Assembly: GCA_965207225.1 (NCBI GenBank)
Contig: CBDBLV010000005.1
Coordinates: 1,888,001 to 1,952,000 of the forward strand
DNA: 64,000 nucleotides
Source: Dehalococcoidia bacterium
GTDB lineage: Bacteria; Chloroflexota; Dehalococcoidia; Plut-88900
Reading direction: 5' to 3'
Shown here piece by piece: positions 19,646-29,242 of the stretch (position 1 is its first letter; the number at the start of each line of letters is the position of its first letter). The notes under the pieces were generated by a model that saw only the letters and a program-made list of their open reading frames with translations, did not search any database and was not told where the DNA came from. A program made the position numbers and the translations under genes.

Positions 19646-20698
19646 ATGGCAGCGTCCAAGCCGGGCTACATCAACTCTTACGTGGGGTTCCCATCTTTCT
19701 TCGGGGCGCCGATTATCGGTCGGGAGGACGTGCAGGAGGGGATGACGGTGGTGGCGGGGGTGCCGATAGACGAGGGGATAAACATCGGGAGGAAGGGTGC
19801 GAGGTTCGGGCCACGGGGCATAAGGGAGGGCACGTACAAGTACCGAATGGTGCAGGAGATGGCGGAGGACAGAACGACGGTGGACCTGGACAGCCATCTG
19901 GGTTTCCGGTTCAAGGGGGACGGGCTGCTGGCAGACATTGGGGATTTGGACATTTCGCCACAAGACATAATGGTGACGACGGAGGGTGTGGCGTCCGGGG
20001 TGAGCGATATCGTGCGTCGGGGCGGGTCACCAGTGATCCTGGGCGGTGACCACTACGTTTGCTACCCGGGATTTCTCGGGTTTGCGCGGGGGATGGTGGA
20101 GAGGCAGTCGAATCCGAGGATAGGATACCTGCACATCGACAGTCACCCGGACTTCTGGGACGAGCTGCAGGCGGGGAGCCGATACAACCACGGGACCTCA
20201 GCACGGCGGATCAGTGAGAATGCCACGATAAATTACAAGAACATGGCGTGGCTCGGGCTGAACGGGGCGGTGCTGGACGCGGAGCAGTATCGCATGTACA
20301 GCGACCACAGCCTGAAGATGGTCACCGCCCGGCAGATGCTGGACAAAGGGATAGAAGAGGCGCTCAAGGAGGTGCTGGAGGTGGCGGCGGACAGCGTGGA
20401 CGCGGTTTACGTGAGCGTAGACATAGACGTTGTGGACGGGTCGGAGTCGCCTGGGACTACGGCTTGCGTGTACCAGGGGATCAGGGCGCGGGAGTTTCTT
20501 TCGCTGATGACGGCGCTGGGACAGTACGACATTATCAAGGGCATCGACCTCTGTGAAGTTGCGCCGCCCCTGGACCCGACGGACAGGACGATGCACCTGG
20601 CGGCGCTTGGTTTGCTGGCGACGCTCGGGCCCCGGATGTTCGAGACGATAGACATGAAGACCGGCAAGCCAACGGGAAGCGGAGGGTTCTCCTACTAG
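19646..20698 (+). CDS. Agmatinase-like ureohydrolase
   Basis: GARFGP, GGDH, HIDSHPD, DIDVVD, EVAPPLD. Confidence 0.88.
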   Translation: MAASKPGYINSYVGFPSFFGAPIIGREDVQEGMTVVAGVPIDEGINIGRKGARFGPRGIREGTYKYRMVQEMAEDRTTVDLDSHLGFRFKGDGLLADIGDLDISPQDIMVTTEGVASGVSDIVRRGGSPVILGGDHYVCYPGFLGFARGMVERQSNPRIGYLHIDSHPDFWDELQAGSRYNHGTSARRISENATINYKNMAWLGLNGAVLDAEQYRMYSDHSLKMVTARQMLDKGIEEALKEVLEVAADSVDAVYVSVDIDVVDGSESPGTTACVYQGIRAREFLSLMTALGQYDIIKGIDLCEVAPPLDPTDRTMHLAALGLLATLGPRMFETIDMKTGKPTGSGGFSY

Positions 20699-20707
20699 GG
20701 ACTGCCC

Positions 20708-21850
20708 ATGGCAAAGATGCTCTTTGTGGATGTGGACGGACACATCCTGGAACCGGCGAATCTGTGGCTTGACTACATAGAACCGCGGTTTAAGGACCGG
20801 GCGATGCGCGTCGATACGGACCTGGCGGGGCTGGAGTGCTGGAGCGTGGACGGTGAGCCGATACCGTTCTTCTCGAGTGGAACGGCCGTGGATGCAGCTA
20901 CGATAGGCAAGGACCAGAAGTGGCGTCGGGAGAAGATTTTCGACAGCCACGAAGTGAACTGGGACGACGGCCTGGAAATGAATCCACCGGCGTGGAAGCC
21001 CGACCGGCGAATCGCGATGATGGATGATGAGGAGATAGACGGCAGCTTTCTGTTCCCCACGCTGGGGCTCACGCTGTCCCGGATAGAAGACAGGGAACTG
21101 AGTGCGGCCCACTGCAGGGCGTATAACAACTGGATCAGGGACTTCTGTGCAGATGGGAATGGTCGGCTGTTCCCTGCTGTGACGCTGCCCTGGGGGGACG
21201 TTCAGCGGGCCGTGGGTGAGCTAAAGAGAACTTCGGAGTTCGGGGCGAGGGCGGTGCAGGCCCCCAATACACCACCGAATGACATGTCCTACGGGAGGCT
21301 GAGATGGGACCCGCTCTGGGCGGAGCTGGTAAGCCAGGGGCTTCCTGTTTCGCTGCATGTTGGGAATGCCGGCACTACGTCGGGGAGCATCCTGTACCCG
21401 GAGTTCTCATTGCCAAGCTGGTGGGACCTGGTCACGGGGCCAATCGATTCCATGCTGAGCTTCCTGAGCTTCTTCCAGGGCGGGGTGTTCGACCGGTTCC
21501 CAAAGCTGAAGGTTGTTGTCCTGGAGTCAGGGGCGGCGTGGCTGCCGTGGCTGCTGATAAGGATGGACGATATGCGGGATGTAATGGGGTTCACGACGGA
21601 GTCGAAGCGGCAGCCTACGGAGTATTTCTCAACGCAATGCTGGGTCTCGGTGGACCCGGGGGACGAGCTGGGACAGTTCGTAATCGAGCAACTAGGCGCA
21701 GATAGAGTCCTTTGGGCGTATGACTACCCTCACTCGGACGGGGGCAAGGACCCGGTCCGGAATCTGAGGAAGCTTCTGCAGGGATTTACGCCAAGGGAGC
21801 GGAGATTGGTGTCGGGGGAGAATGCGGTGGGGCTCTACGGGCTCGAGTAG
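20708..21850 (+). CDS. Amidohydrolase_2 family protein
   Basis: DVDGHILEP, SLH, GGVFDRFP, DYPHSD. Confidence 0.9.
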   Translation: MAKMLFVDVDGHILEPANLWLDYIEPRFKDRAMRVDTDLAGLECWSVDGEPIPFFSSGTAVDAATIGKDQKWRREKIFDSHEVNWDDGLEMNPPAWKPDRRIAMMDDEEIDGSFLFPTLGLTLSRIEDRELSAAHCRAYNNWIRDFCADGNGRLFPAVTLPWGDVQRAVGELKRTSEFGARAVQAPNTPPNDMSYGRLRWDPLWAELVSQGLPVSLHVGNAGTTSGSILYPEFSLPSWWDLVTGPIDSMLSFLSFFQGGVFDRFPKLKVVVLESGAAWLPWLLIRMDDMRDVMGFTTESKRQPTEYFSTQCWVSVDPGDELGQFVIEQLGADRVLWAYDYPHSDGGKDPVRNLRKLLQGFTPRERRLVSGENAVGLYGLE

Positions 21851-21931
21851 ACATAAACGCAGGATACATTGATTTCGAGGGGCTATACTGGGGCTTCAAT
21901 TAGCAGTGTTCAGACCAGGAGGTAAACGGGA

Positions 21932-23071
21932 GTGAACAATTCACCGATCATCGACGTGGACGGTCACATACTGGAGCCGTCAGACCTGTGGGTGAACAAC
22001 ATTGAGCCGAAGTTCAAGGACAGGGCGATGCACATGGGAGTCGGGGAGGACGGGCTGGAGCAGTGGTACTCAGAGGGAAAGGGCGACGTGTTCCTGAATC
22101 ACGGTACGAGCGCCAACATGGCCACTGTCGGCAGGACCAAGGAATGGAGACAGAAGAACATTTTCGAAAACCCGTCGTTGACCTGGGAGGAGGGGCGAGA
22201 GATAAACCCCGGGGCCCGGGACCCGGACGCACGGGTCGCATTGATGGATGAGGAAGAGATCGACAAGAGCATTCTTTACCCGTCGCTGGGGCTGAGCTGG
22301 GTTGCAACGAAGGACCCCTCCCTAGCTGCGGCCTATTGCCGAGTTTATAACGACTGGCTGGTGGACTTTTGCAGCGAGCATCCGGACAGGTTATACCCGG
22401 CGATAATTCTTCCGTGGACGGACGTTGACGAGGCGGTGAAGGAGCTGAAGAGGACGGCGGGAGTCGGGCCGAGGGCGGTGATGTGCCCGGCAAGCCCGCC
22501 CCATGACAGGTCGTATGGGTCTCGGTACTGGGACCCGCTATGGGCGGAATTCCAGGATCAGGACATGCCTCCGGCGCTGCACGTGAGCGCGGGAGGCACA
22601 CCGTCGAGCAGCCTGCTATATCCCGACATCACGATGCCTTCGTGGTGGGTATTCTCGACGTCCCAGGACATCCAACTGAGCTTCATGAGCTTCTTCCAGG
22701 GCGGCGTTTTCGATCGTTTCCCGAACTTCAAGCTGGTAGTGCTGGAGTCGGGGACGCTGTGGATGCCCTACATCCTGGACCGGATGGATGAGAAATACGA
22801 GGTGATAGGCTTCACCATGGAGTCGAAGGAGGAGCCGAGCACGTATTTCAAGACCCGGGGGTGGATATCCATGGAGCCGGAGGACGAGTATGGGGCATTG
22901 ACGGCGGAGCTACTGGGAGCGGACAGGATACTCTGGGCCTACGATTATCCGCACTCAGACTCGTGGACGGGGCCGGTGAAGACGCTGAGAGAGTCGCTCT
23001 CGAGGCTGCCAGAGGAGGACCAGCGCAAGGTGATGGGTGAGAACGCCCTGGACCTATACAAGATGAACTAA
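21932..23071 (+). CDS. Amidohydrolase_2 family protein (tandem paralog)
   Basis: DVDGHILEP, GGVFDRFP, DYPHSD; SD AGGAGG before GTG. Confidence 0.9.
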   Translation: MNNSPIIDVDGHILEPSDLWVNNIEPKFKDRAMHMGVGEDGLEQWYSEGKGDVFLNHGTSANMATVGRTKEWRQKNIFENPSLTWEEGREINPGARDPDARVALMDEEEIDKSILYPSLGLSWVATKDPSLAAAYCRVYNDWLVDFCSEHPDRLYPAIILPWTDVDEAVKELKRTAGVGPRAVMCPASPPHDRSYGSRYWDPLWAEFQDQDMPPALHVSAGGTPSSSLLYPDITMPSWWVFSTSQDIQLSFMSFFQGGVFDRFPNFKLVVLESGTLWMPYILDRMDEKYEVIGFTMESKEEPSTYFKTRGWISMEPEDEYGALTAELLGADRILWAYDYPHSDSWTGPVKTLRESLSRLPEEDQRKVMGENALDLYKMN

Positions 23072-23082
23072 AGGCCTGAGTC

Positions 23083-23826
23083 CTAGAGGTAAGACTCCAG
23101 CCAAGCGAGGGTTAGTTGGAGGATGCGGTCCATGTCCTCGGGGCGGCGGAGGGCATGCTCGGCGCCCTGGATGATTTCGAGCATTTTGGGCTTGCGGGCG
23201 TGGGCGTAGAGTTCGCGGGCCTGTTCGACGGGGACGTCATCATCAAGGCTTCCATGGATGATCAGGACGGGTCGGTCCAGCTCGGCTGCAGCCTTGCATA
23301 AATTGTATTTCGCTCCGTCTTGGAAATAGTCGAGCTTCAGCCTCTTCCCTGAGGGCAGAGAGAAATAGCCCGTGGAATGACATTCGGCAAGGTGTTCTTC
23401 CGTGGGTGATTGGGGTCGGGAGGGAGTGGCGAGGAGGACGTAGACTTTAACCCTCTGGTCCTGGGCGGCGACGGGGACTTCGCCGCCGAAGCTGGACCCT
23501 AGGACGGCGATGCGGTCGGTATCGATGCCAGTGTTTTGGAGGAAATCCAAAGTGGCACGGTAGTCAGCGATGCGGGCGGACAGGGTGGTGTCCTCGAAGA
23601 GGCCGTCACTAGCGTCGGGTGGGTAGCCGCAGCCTCGGTAGTTGAACTTGAGGATGGCATATCCACGCTCTATGAGTTTAGGGGCCAGGAAAGACCACTT
23701 GGTGCCGTCCTTGCTGGCTTCAAAGCCGTGGGACATGAGGATGCATGGGGCGTTGGGAGCGGGGATGGCGAGGTCGCCGCGTAGGGTATCGCCGTCTACA
23801 GAGAATTCGACGCTGTTGGTTTGCAT
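23083..23826 (-). CDS. Alpha/beta hydrolase
   Basis: HGF, GSSFGG nucleophile elbow, IHGSLDDDV, GAEH. Confidence 0.9.
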   Translation of the reverse strand: MQTNSVEFSVDGDTLRGDLAIPAPNAPCILMSHGFEASKDGTKWSFLAPKLIERGYAILKFNYRGCGYPPDASDGLFEDTTLSARIADYRATLDFLQNTGIDTDRIAVLGSSFGGEVPVAAQDQRVKVYVLLATPSRPQSPTEEHLAECHSTGYFSLPSGKRLKLDYFQDGAKYNLCKAAAELDRPVLIIHGSLDDDVPVEQARELYAHARKPKMLEIIQGAEHALRRPEDMDRILQLTLAWLESYL

Positions 23827-23889
23827 GGCAGTGAATGGAGAGACTGGAAGGTTGGAGGCGAGGGCAAGGATACCATTTCCGGCCTCACA

Positions 23890-23918
23890 TTGCGGGGTGG
23901 AGAGGGGTGGGATAGAAT
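23890..23918 (+). promoter_or_regulatory. tRNA promoter
   Basis: TTGCGG-N17-TAGAAT, 9 nt upstream of the tRNA. Confidence 0.65.
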
Positions 23919-23927
23919 TAGCTATCG

Positions 23928-24002
23928 GGGCTCGTAGCTCAGCGGCAGAGCGGTCGGCTCATAACCGATTGGTCCCTGGTTCGAATCCAGGCGGGCCCAC
24001 CA
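23928..24002 (+). tRNA. tRNA-Ile2 (CAT anticodon, lysidine type)
   Basis: Cloverleaf GGGCTCG/CGGGCCC, TAGCTCAG, CTCATAA loop, GGTTCGAATCC, A73-CCA; paired 1:72 and no 3GC anticodon stem, so not fMet; Ile2 preferred over elongator Met by resemblance. Confidence 0.85.
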
Positions 24003-25579
24003 CGCTTGACGGTAGACAGAACCGGGGCGTGGAGAGCCACCTCCTCTGTGTCCCTTCCCCCTATCGGAGCATCCTCCGGCATAGGGATGGAGTAGCGCAG
24101 CAAAGCATTGCCAGGCATCACCACGATCTCCTTCACGAAGGATTCGATGAAGGCCCTGCGCTCGGTCAACTCGCTCTTGTTGAGGAACACGCTCATGTCC
24201 AAGGCGTAGGCCGTGATGGTCTCCACGTCGTCCAGGATCTCCCTGCGCTGCGAGAGCATCGCCCTGGCCTCGGTAGCAGACGCCTCCAGCTTCTCCTGGC
24301 GCTCCCGGTGGTCTCTGATGCGGAGCTTGAAGTCCTCGATGTCCAGGTCGGTGGTCTCCGCGAGGTCGTAGAGCCGTCCCAGCCTACGCTTCACGTCCTC
24401 AAGCTCCGACTCGATAGTCTGAAGCTTCTGGCGCTGCTCCTTGGCGATGCCGTCCATCTCCTCGTCCACCAGCTTCACCAACTCCCGGATGTTGGACTCG
24501 GTGAGCACGTTCTCCCTGATCTTTCCCACCACCATCTCCTCGAAGCGCCGTGCGTTGAGCCTGGGGGTCTCGCAGGCGTGCCTGCCCCGCTTCATGATGG
24601 ACTGGCAGACGTAGTAGGCGTACCTCCCGCTCTTGGCGTCCTGGCCGCTAAGCGCCCCGTTGCACGTCCGGCACCTGACCAACCCGCTGAGCAGGTAGGT
24701 GCTTCCCACACGTCGGGGATGGGCCTTCCTGGGAGCCCGTGAACGCATTCGCTTGTTGACCCTCTTGAATTGGGCTTTGGTGACGATACCGTGGAACGCC
24801 TTGTCCACCCTGACCGGCTCGGCCTTATCCTTCCCTCCGACGCCCCAGAGGAGGGTTCCGGTGTAGGCTTCGTTTCGTAGGATGATGTGGACGCCGTTCT
24901 TGGACCAGAGCCTCCCCGTGGGGTTGGCGATGCCCTCGGCGTTGAGGGTCTGGGTGATGTCCAGGATGCCCCGGCCCGACTCGGCCATGGAGAAAATGCG
25001 CTTGACCACGGGAGCGGTTGCGGGATCGGGTTCCAGGGTGGGGCGTTTCTTGGCCCCGTCCTGCACCATGCGCTTCTGATAGCCGTAGGGCACCCTGCTG
25101 GCGACCCAGAAGCCTCTTGATGCGGCCTCCCGCATTCCCCGGCGAACTTCTTCGGCAAGATTTTCCGAGTAAAATTCGTCCACCGACTCGATGATGGCCT
25201 CCATGAGCCTGCCGGTGGCGGAGTCGTCGGCGTGCTCGGTGATGGAGACGACGCGGACTCCCTTGCGCCGGAGCATGGACTTGAAGGCGACGGCGTGTTC
25301 CCGCTTGCGGGTGAACCTCGAAAACTTCCAGACCAAAATCTCTCTGAAAGGGGCCTCGGGCTTGGCGGCCTCGTCGAGCATCTTGCGGAACTCCGGCCTG
25401 TCGGCGATGCGGCCGCTCTCGGCCTCGTCGATGTACTCCCTTGCGACGACGTAGCCGTTCTTGTCGGCGTAGTCCCTGAGTGCCCGCAGCTGGGCGGCCA
25501 CGGACAGGTCCACGTCCTGCCGGTCGCTGGACACCCTGGCGTACAGGGCCACGGGTATCAGGTCGGTTTGTTCACGCAT
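23939..25579 (-). CDS. Large serine recombinase (integrase 1); last ~20 codons are the antisense of the tRNA
   Basis: YARVSS, DEAESG, RFTR, recombinase domain, CxxC..YYVC..C Zn ribbon; SD AAGGAG before ATG 25579. Confidence 0.95.
   Translation of the reverse strand: MREQTDLIPVALYARVSSDRQDVDLSVAAQLRALRDYADKNGYVVAREYIDEAESGRIADRPEFRKMLDEAAKPEAPFREILVWKFSRFTRKREHAVAFKSMLRRKGVRVVSITEHADDSATGRLMEAIIESVDEFYSENLAEEVRRGMREAASRGFWVASRVPYGYQKRMVQDGAKKRPTLEPDPATAPVVKRIFSMAESGRGILDITQTLNAEGIANPTGRLWSKNGVHIILRNEAYTGTLLWGVGGKDKAEPVRVDKAFHGIVTKAQFKRVNKRMRSRAPRKAHPRRVGSTYLLSGLVRCRTCNGALSGQDAKSGRYAYYVCQSIMKRGRHACETPRLNARRFEEMVVGKIRENVLTESNIRELVKLVDEEMDGIAKEQRQKLQTIESELEDVKRRLGRLYDLAETTDLDIEDFKLRIRDHRERQEKLEASATEARAMLSQRREILDDVETITAYALDMSVFLNKSELTERRAFIESFVKEIVVMPGNALLRYSIPMPEDAPIGGRDTEEVALHAPVLSTVKRGGPAWIRTRDQSVMSRPLCR
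23994..24002 (+). other. att core 1 (attL), GGCCCACCA = tRNA 3' end
   Basis: Identical 9-mer at 37893 and 56383 with matching arm symmetry. Confidence 0.85.
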
Positions 25580-25599
25580 TGGCTTCTCCTTGCTATCAA

Positions 25600-26754
25600 T
25601 CATACGGTTCGGTGTCTCAAAGAGCGGAGGCCGCTCACTGGGCTGGACTCGCCCCCCCAGCACTCCGTCAGGGCCTGTTCGGCATCGATGGACGGCACCC
25701 CGGCGGCCGGCTCCGCACTCACCAACGCCACCCCCGTATCGTGGAAGCCGAGGTCGGTTGCGGGCTGCGGCTTCTGTCCGGTCCTGACGAACTCGACCAC
25801 GGCCTCAATGCCCTGCACTGCCATCCGAACCGGATACTGCATGGCGGTGGCTCCAAGCTCCCCGGCGGCGACCCTGCTCACGCCGGAACAGGCCCCGTCG
25901 ATGGTGACGATCAGCACTTCGTGCTCCAGCCCCATGGAACGGAGCGCTGTGTATGCGCCCGCAGCCGCGGGCTCGTTGATGGCGTACACGAGTCGTATCG
26001 ACGGGTCCATGCGCATCAGGCGCTCCATCGCGCTGCGCCCGCCTGCTTCCGAGCCCATGGTGGTAGCGCTGCCGGCGATGCGCGGGTCATCCTCGTCATA
26101 TTTCCTCTCCGGGTCCTTGATGTCGATGCCGAAGCCGTGGAGGAAGCCCTGGTTGCGCATCACATCAACGGTGACCGGCGTCTCATAGCCGTCCAGCGTC
26201 GCGATCCGGGTCTGAGCCGCCAGCGGCCCCAGCCTTTGCCGAGCCCAAAGGCCGATCAGTTCACCGGCCCGCAAGTTGTCGGTGGCGAAGGTTGCGTCAA
26301 CCGTGTCCGGCAGGTCGAAGGGGGTGTCGAGGGCGATCACCAGCACGCCCTCCGAACGCGCTTGCGCGACCGCCGGTTCTAGGGCCAGCGGGTCCGACGG
26401 GGTGATGAGGATGCCCTTCGCGCCCGACTCTACCAGCTCCTCAATGGCCGCTAGCTGCGCCTGTGTATCCCCGTCGTAGGCGCCGCTGTAGGTGCGCAGC
26501 TCGACGCCAAGCCCCTCGGCGCGCTCAAGGGCCGCCTCGGTCATGGTGACGAAGAAGGGGTTGCCCTCGGTCTTGGTAATCAGCCCCACGATCACACGCT
26601 CGGACTCGGTGGAAGCAGGTTCCTGAGCGCAACCGATGAAAGTCACGACGATAAGGCAGAACGACATGGCGACGAAGGACGGCACCCTGGCAGACATGGC
26701 AACAGGCGTGCGGCCATTCGTCCGATTCATAGGTACGTTCTGCTCTCGGTTCAT
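25600..26754 (-). CDS. Sugar ABC-transporter substrate-binding lipoprotein (LacI/RbsB fold, FrcB-like); start uncertain (26754/26730/26697/26667)
   Basis: Lipobox FIGC; LITKTEGNPFFV, IALDTP, ATDN, AINEP, TIDG, ATAMQYP. Confidence 0.85.
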   Translation of the reverse strand: MNREQNVPMNRTNGRTPVAMSARVPSFVAMSFCLIVVTFIGCAQEPASTESERVIVGLITKTEGNPFFVTMTEAALERAEGLGVELRTYSGAYDGDTQAQLAAIEELVESGAKGILITPSDPLALEPAVAQARSEGVLVIALDTPFDLPDTVDATFATDNLRAGELIGLWARQRLGPLAAQTRIATLDGYETPVTVDVMRNQGFLHGFGIDIKDPERKYDEDDPRIAGSATTMGSEAGGRSAMERLMRMDPSIRLVYAINEPAAAGAYTALRSMGLEHEVLIVTIDGACSGVSRVAAGELGATAMQYPVRMAVQGIEAVVEFVRTGQKPQPATDLGFHDTGVALVSAEPAAGVPSIDAEQALTECWGGESSPVSGLRSLRHRTV

Positions 26755-26981
26755 TGCTGGTCGTCCCGGCGTGAACGCCTTCGCTGCATCCGCTCCTGGA
26801 TGCGCCACTCCCTTTCTTCCATGTACAGGCGGATGGCCTCCCGCAGCACTTCGCTCACGGTGCGGCTCTCGTCCTTCACCACCTGCCGCAGGTGCTGGGA
26901 CATCTCCGGGGGCAGGGAGAAGGTGATGGTGTCGGTGTTCCTCGGCTTGACGGGCAACGTACGCTCCCCATTTTTGTCCAT
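26751..26981 (-). CDS. Ribbon-helix-helix (CopG-like) regulator
   Basis: TITFSLPPEM...RTVSEVLREAIRLY. Confidence 0.8.
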   Translation of the reverse strand: MDKNGERTLPVKPRNTDTITFSLPPEMSQHLRQVVKDESRTVSEVLREAIRLYMEEREWRIQERMQRRRSRRDDQQ

Positions 26982-27049
26982 TGATATAGTGTAGCGTCTT
27001 ACTCTTATCATCCCGCAACCGAAGCCCTTTCGTCAAGGGAGAGATGGCA

Positions 27050-27876
27050 GGAATTGCCCTGGGATGCCTTGAAACTGCGGCATTGCAGCGACACTCCAGC
27101 TACATCGATGCGAGCGATCCGGCGGCGCTGGTCGAGGCTGTCGCCGGGGCGGCCTGGGGCCGTCAACTGGCCCCTTGGAGGCTGGATGTAATGTCCTACC
27201 CGTGTACAAGGATTCGGCTCAGTTCCCAAAATGCAAGTCGGGGGTGTTTCCAAGCTGAAAGCGGGGGAGAGAGAGGGGAGGTTGGCAAGGGAGCAAGCAA
27301 TGTTTGGTCGGAGCGTGTTCCACGGATTCCGGCGGAGTTGCAGAAATGCAAGTCGGCAAAATAGCCACATTGGAGCGAGCAATGTCGATGCCCTCTGAGG
27401 CGGCGGCAGCGAGATTATTGACCGGTCACCGTGTCGAGAGCGTCGATCAAGACGAGAATGGGATGGTCGGTGATCCCGCCGGTTCTGCAACGAATTGTAC
27501 TTTTGGGAGCTGTTGGGGGCTGACACGGTGAGTGATGGGAATGCCCTTCTGGCCCCTATAGGAAGTCCTGGGAACGGCTCGGTGGGGAAGTTTGAACATG
27601 CTCCGGTGGCAAGTTGCGGCTGAGTCCAGGTGCTCCGAGTAAGACTGCTGTAGGCAGGAATCGTAGCTGTGAGACGAGGGAACCAAAGGGGTGTGACGCA
27701 TTGGCGAAAACGGCCTGATGGGTCAGTTCTGCAACGGATTGTACTTCTGCGGGCGTAAGGGGAGATGCGTGACCGGTCGCGTCTGCAAGTTGTCCCAGCA
27801 AGGCTGCTGGGACAGCCCCTATTGGAAGGGTTAGGAGCGGAAACGGCGGTCATTGCGCAGCCTGATGCATCAGGGC
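27050..27876. other. Non-coding backbone segment homologous to 41893-42408
   Basis: Identical blocks of 34 bp (27553-27586) and 48 bp (27785-27832); paired 18-bp repeats. Confidence 0.85.
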
Positions 27877-28241
27877 CTGCGAGCGTATTTCGAGGCAGGA
27901 TCGGAGCCTTCGAGCCGGCGGCGGCAACGGAGAATCGGCGGGCCGTCGTTCATGGGCTGATGCGTCAGACTACAATCGCCCATGGGAGGTTTTCGCCCTG
28001 AGAGGGCTGTAAGGAGAATCGGGGTACATTGCAGAATACAATCTGGGTGACATTCGTAGCTGAATGAAGGGGAACCAGGGCGAAGCGAAGGGAATCCATC
28101 GAGCAGTTTTACTGCGGGTCGGTGCTAAGTCTATTGTACTGATTGTATTGCACTTCATTGTGGTTTCCCATTTGATCTCGCCCACATGGTTGACCACGAT
28201 GAGCCGGTTCATGGGATGTTGCGAAGGATTCAGGAGACGGC

Positions 28242-29042
28242 GTGAAGGCCCTATCGGAGAGGCCCCTACCGGACCTGCTGGACGCTCCGGTGAATGACCG
28301 GGGCAAGGTGGCTGCGGCCGAGGCCCTGGGGGTGAACTACCGCACTATGGTGACCTGCCACGAGTCTCGTCACGTATCGCGGCGGATGCGGAAGGCGTTG
28401 GCGGAGTTCAGGGACAAGCACGGTGACGGCGGGGATGAGCAGGACGATGACGCCGGTGACATTGTAGGGAAGGTAACGGCGTTGGAAGAACGGGTGGCGG
28501 CGATGGAGGAAGCGCATGGAGCATTGGTGGAGACCGTCGAGGCCCAGGCGAGACAACTGACGGAGTTGGAGCGCAATGCTGGAGGGTCGGAGGGCGGGGC
28601 GGTGGAAGAGAAACGGGACCTGCAAAAACCTAATGCGGCGGATTATGACGATGACGGGCAAGGAACACAGTGGCGGCCTCCACGACGGGAGCACGGCCTT
28701 CCCGACGCCGGAGTGGTCACGTTGGAGGAACAGCCCGACGAAGGGCACGCCTTCGGCCCGGCTGCCCCGTTGGTGGCGGAATGGCGAGGGCTGAGGAGTG
28801 TCGGTGAGGCGTCGGGCGGTCGGGTTGACCGGGCGAAGGCTGCGGTGCGACGGTGGGAGCTGGAGGTCGCCATGCTCGGAGACTACGGCCTGACGCTGCC
28901 GCCGGAGACCGCACCCCTGGACGCATCGCGCAGGGAGGACCACCTGCGGTGGCGGAAGGAGGCGCTGGCAGCGGCCTTGGCGAAAGCAAGGCGGCTGCGC
29001 TGGCTGAGGCGAGCACTCACCCTGGGTCTGCGATGGGGGTAG
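28242..29042 (+). CDS. Hypothetical protein with N-terminal HTH and coiled coil
   Basis: AAAEALGVNYRTM HTH-like segment; heptad LEERVAAMEE region; AGGAG before GTG. Confidence 0.65.
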   Translation: MKALSERPLPDLLDAPVNDRGKVAAAEALGVNYRTMVTCHESRHVSRRMRKALAEFRDKHGDGGDEQDDDAGDIVGKVTALEERVAAMEEAHGALVETVEAQARQLTELERNAGGSEGGAVEEKRDLQKPNAADYDDDGQGTQWRPPRREHGLPDAGVVTLEEQPDEGHAFGPAAPLVAEWRGLRSVGEASGGRVDRAKAAVRRWELEVAMLGDYGLTLPPETAPLDASRREDHLRWRKEALAAALAKARRLRWLRRALTLGLRWG

Positions 29043-29242
29043 CCGACTGAAGTAGCTCAAGGCGCCCTTCGCCGTCGGCCAGCAGATCGGACAGTCCGCG
29101 GTGGACTCGGCTCTTTCCAAGCGATGGACGGAGGTGGTAGAATGCAACTCGTAGAAGAATGCTCTGTTGGAGGAGCCTCGGAGTGGATGCGCCGGTGTCG
29201 GTTGGAGATGGCGCAGGCTCCGGGCCGATTGTCGGGTGAGAT

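Noticed and set aside
23928-24002. tRNA-fMet call from the CAT anticodon
   Set aside because: Paired G1:C72 and no three consecutive G-C anticodon-stem pairs; elongator Met cannot be fully excluded.
26755-27036. N-terminal extension of the sugar-binding ORF
   Set aside because: Overlaps the RHH gene in another frame.
27008-27853. ORFs across the conserved non-coding module (also 41887-42713)
   Set aside because: The two copies differ by frame-shifting indels, so no reading frame is conserved throughout.
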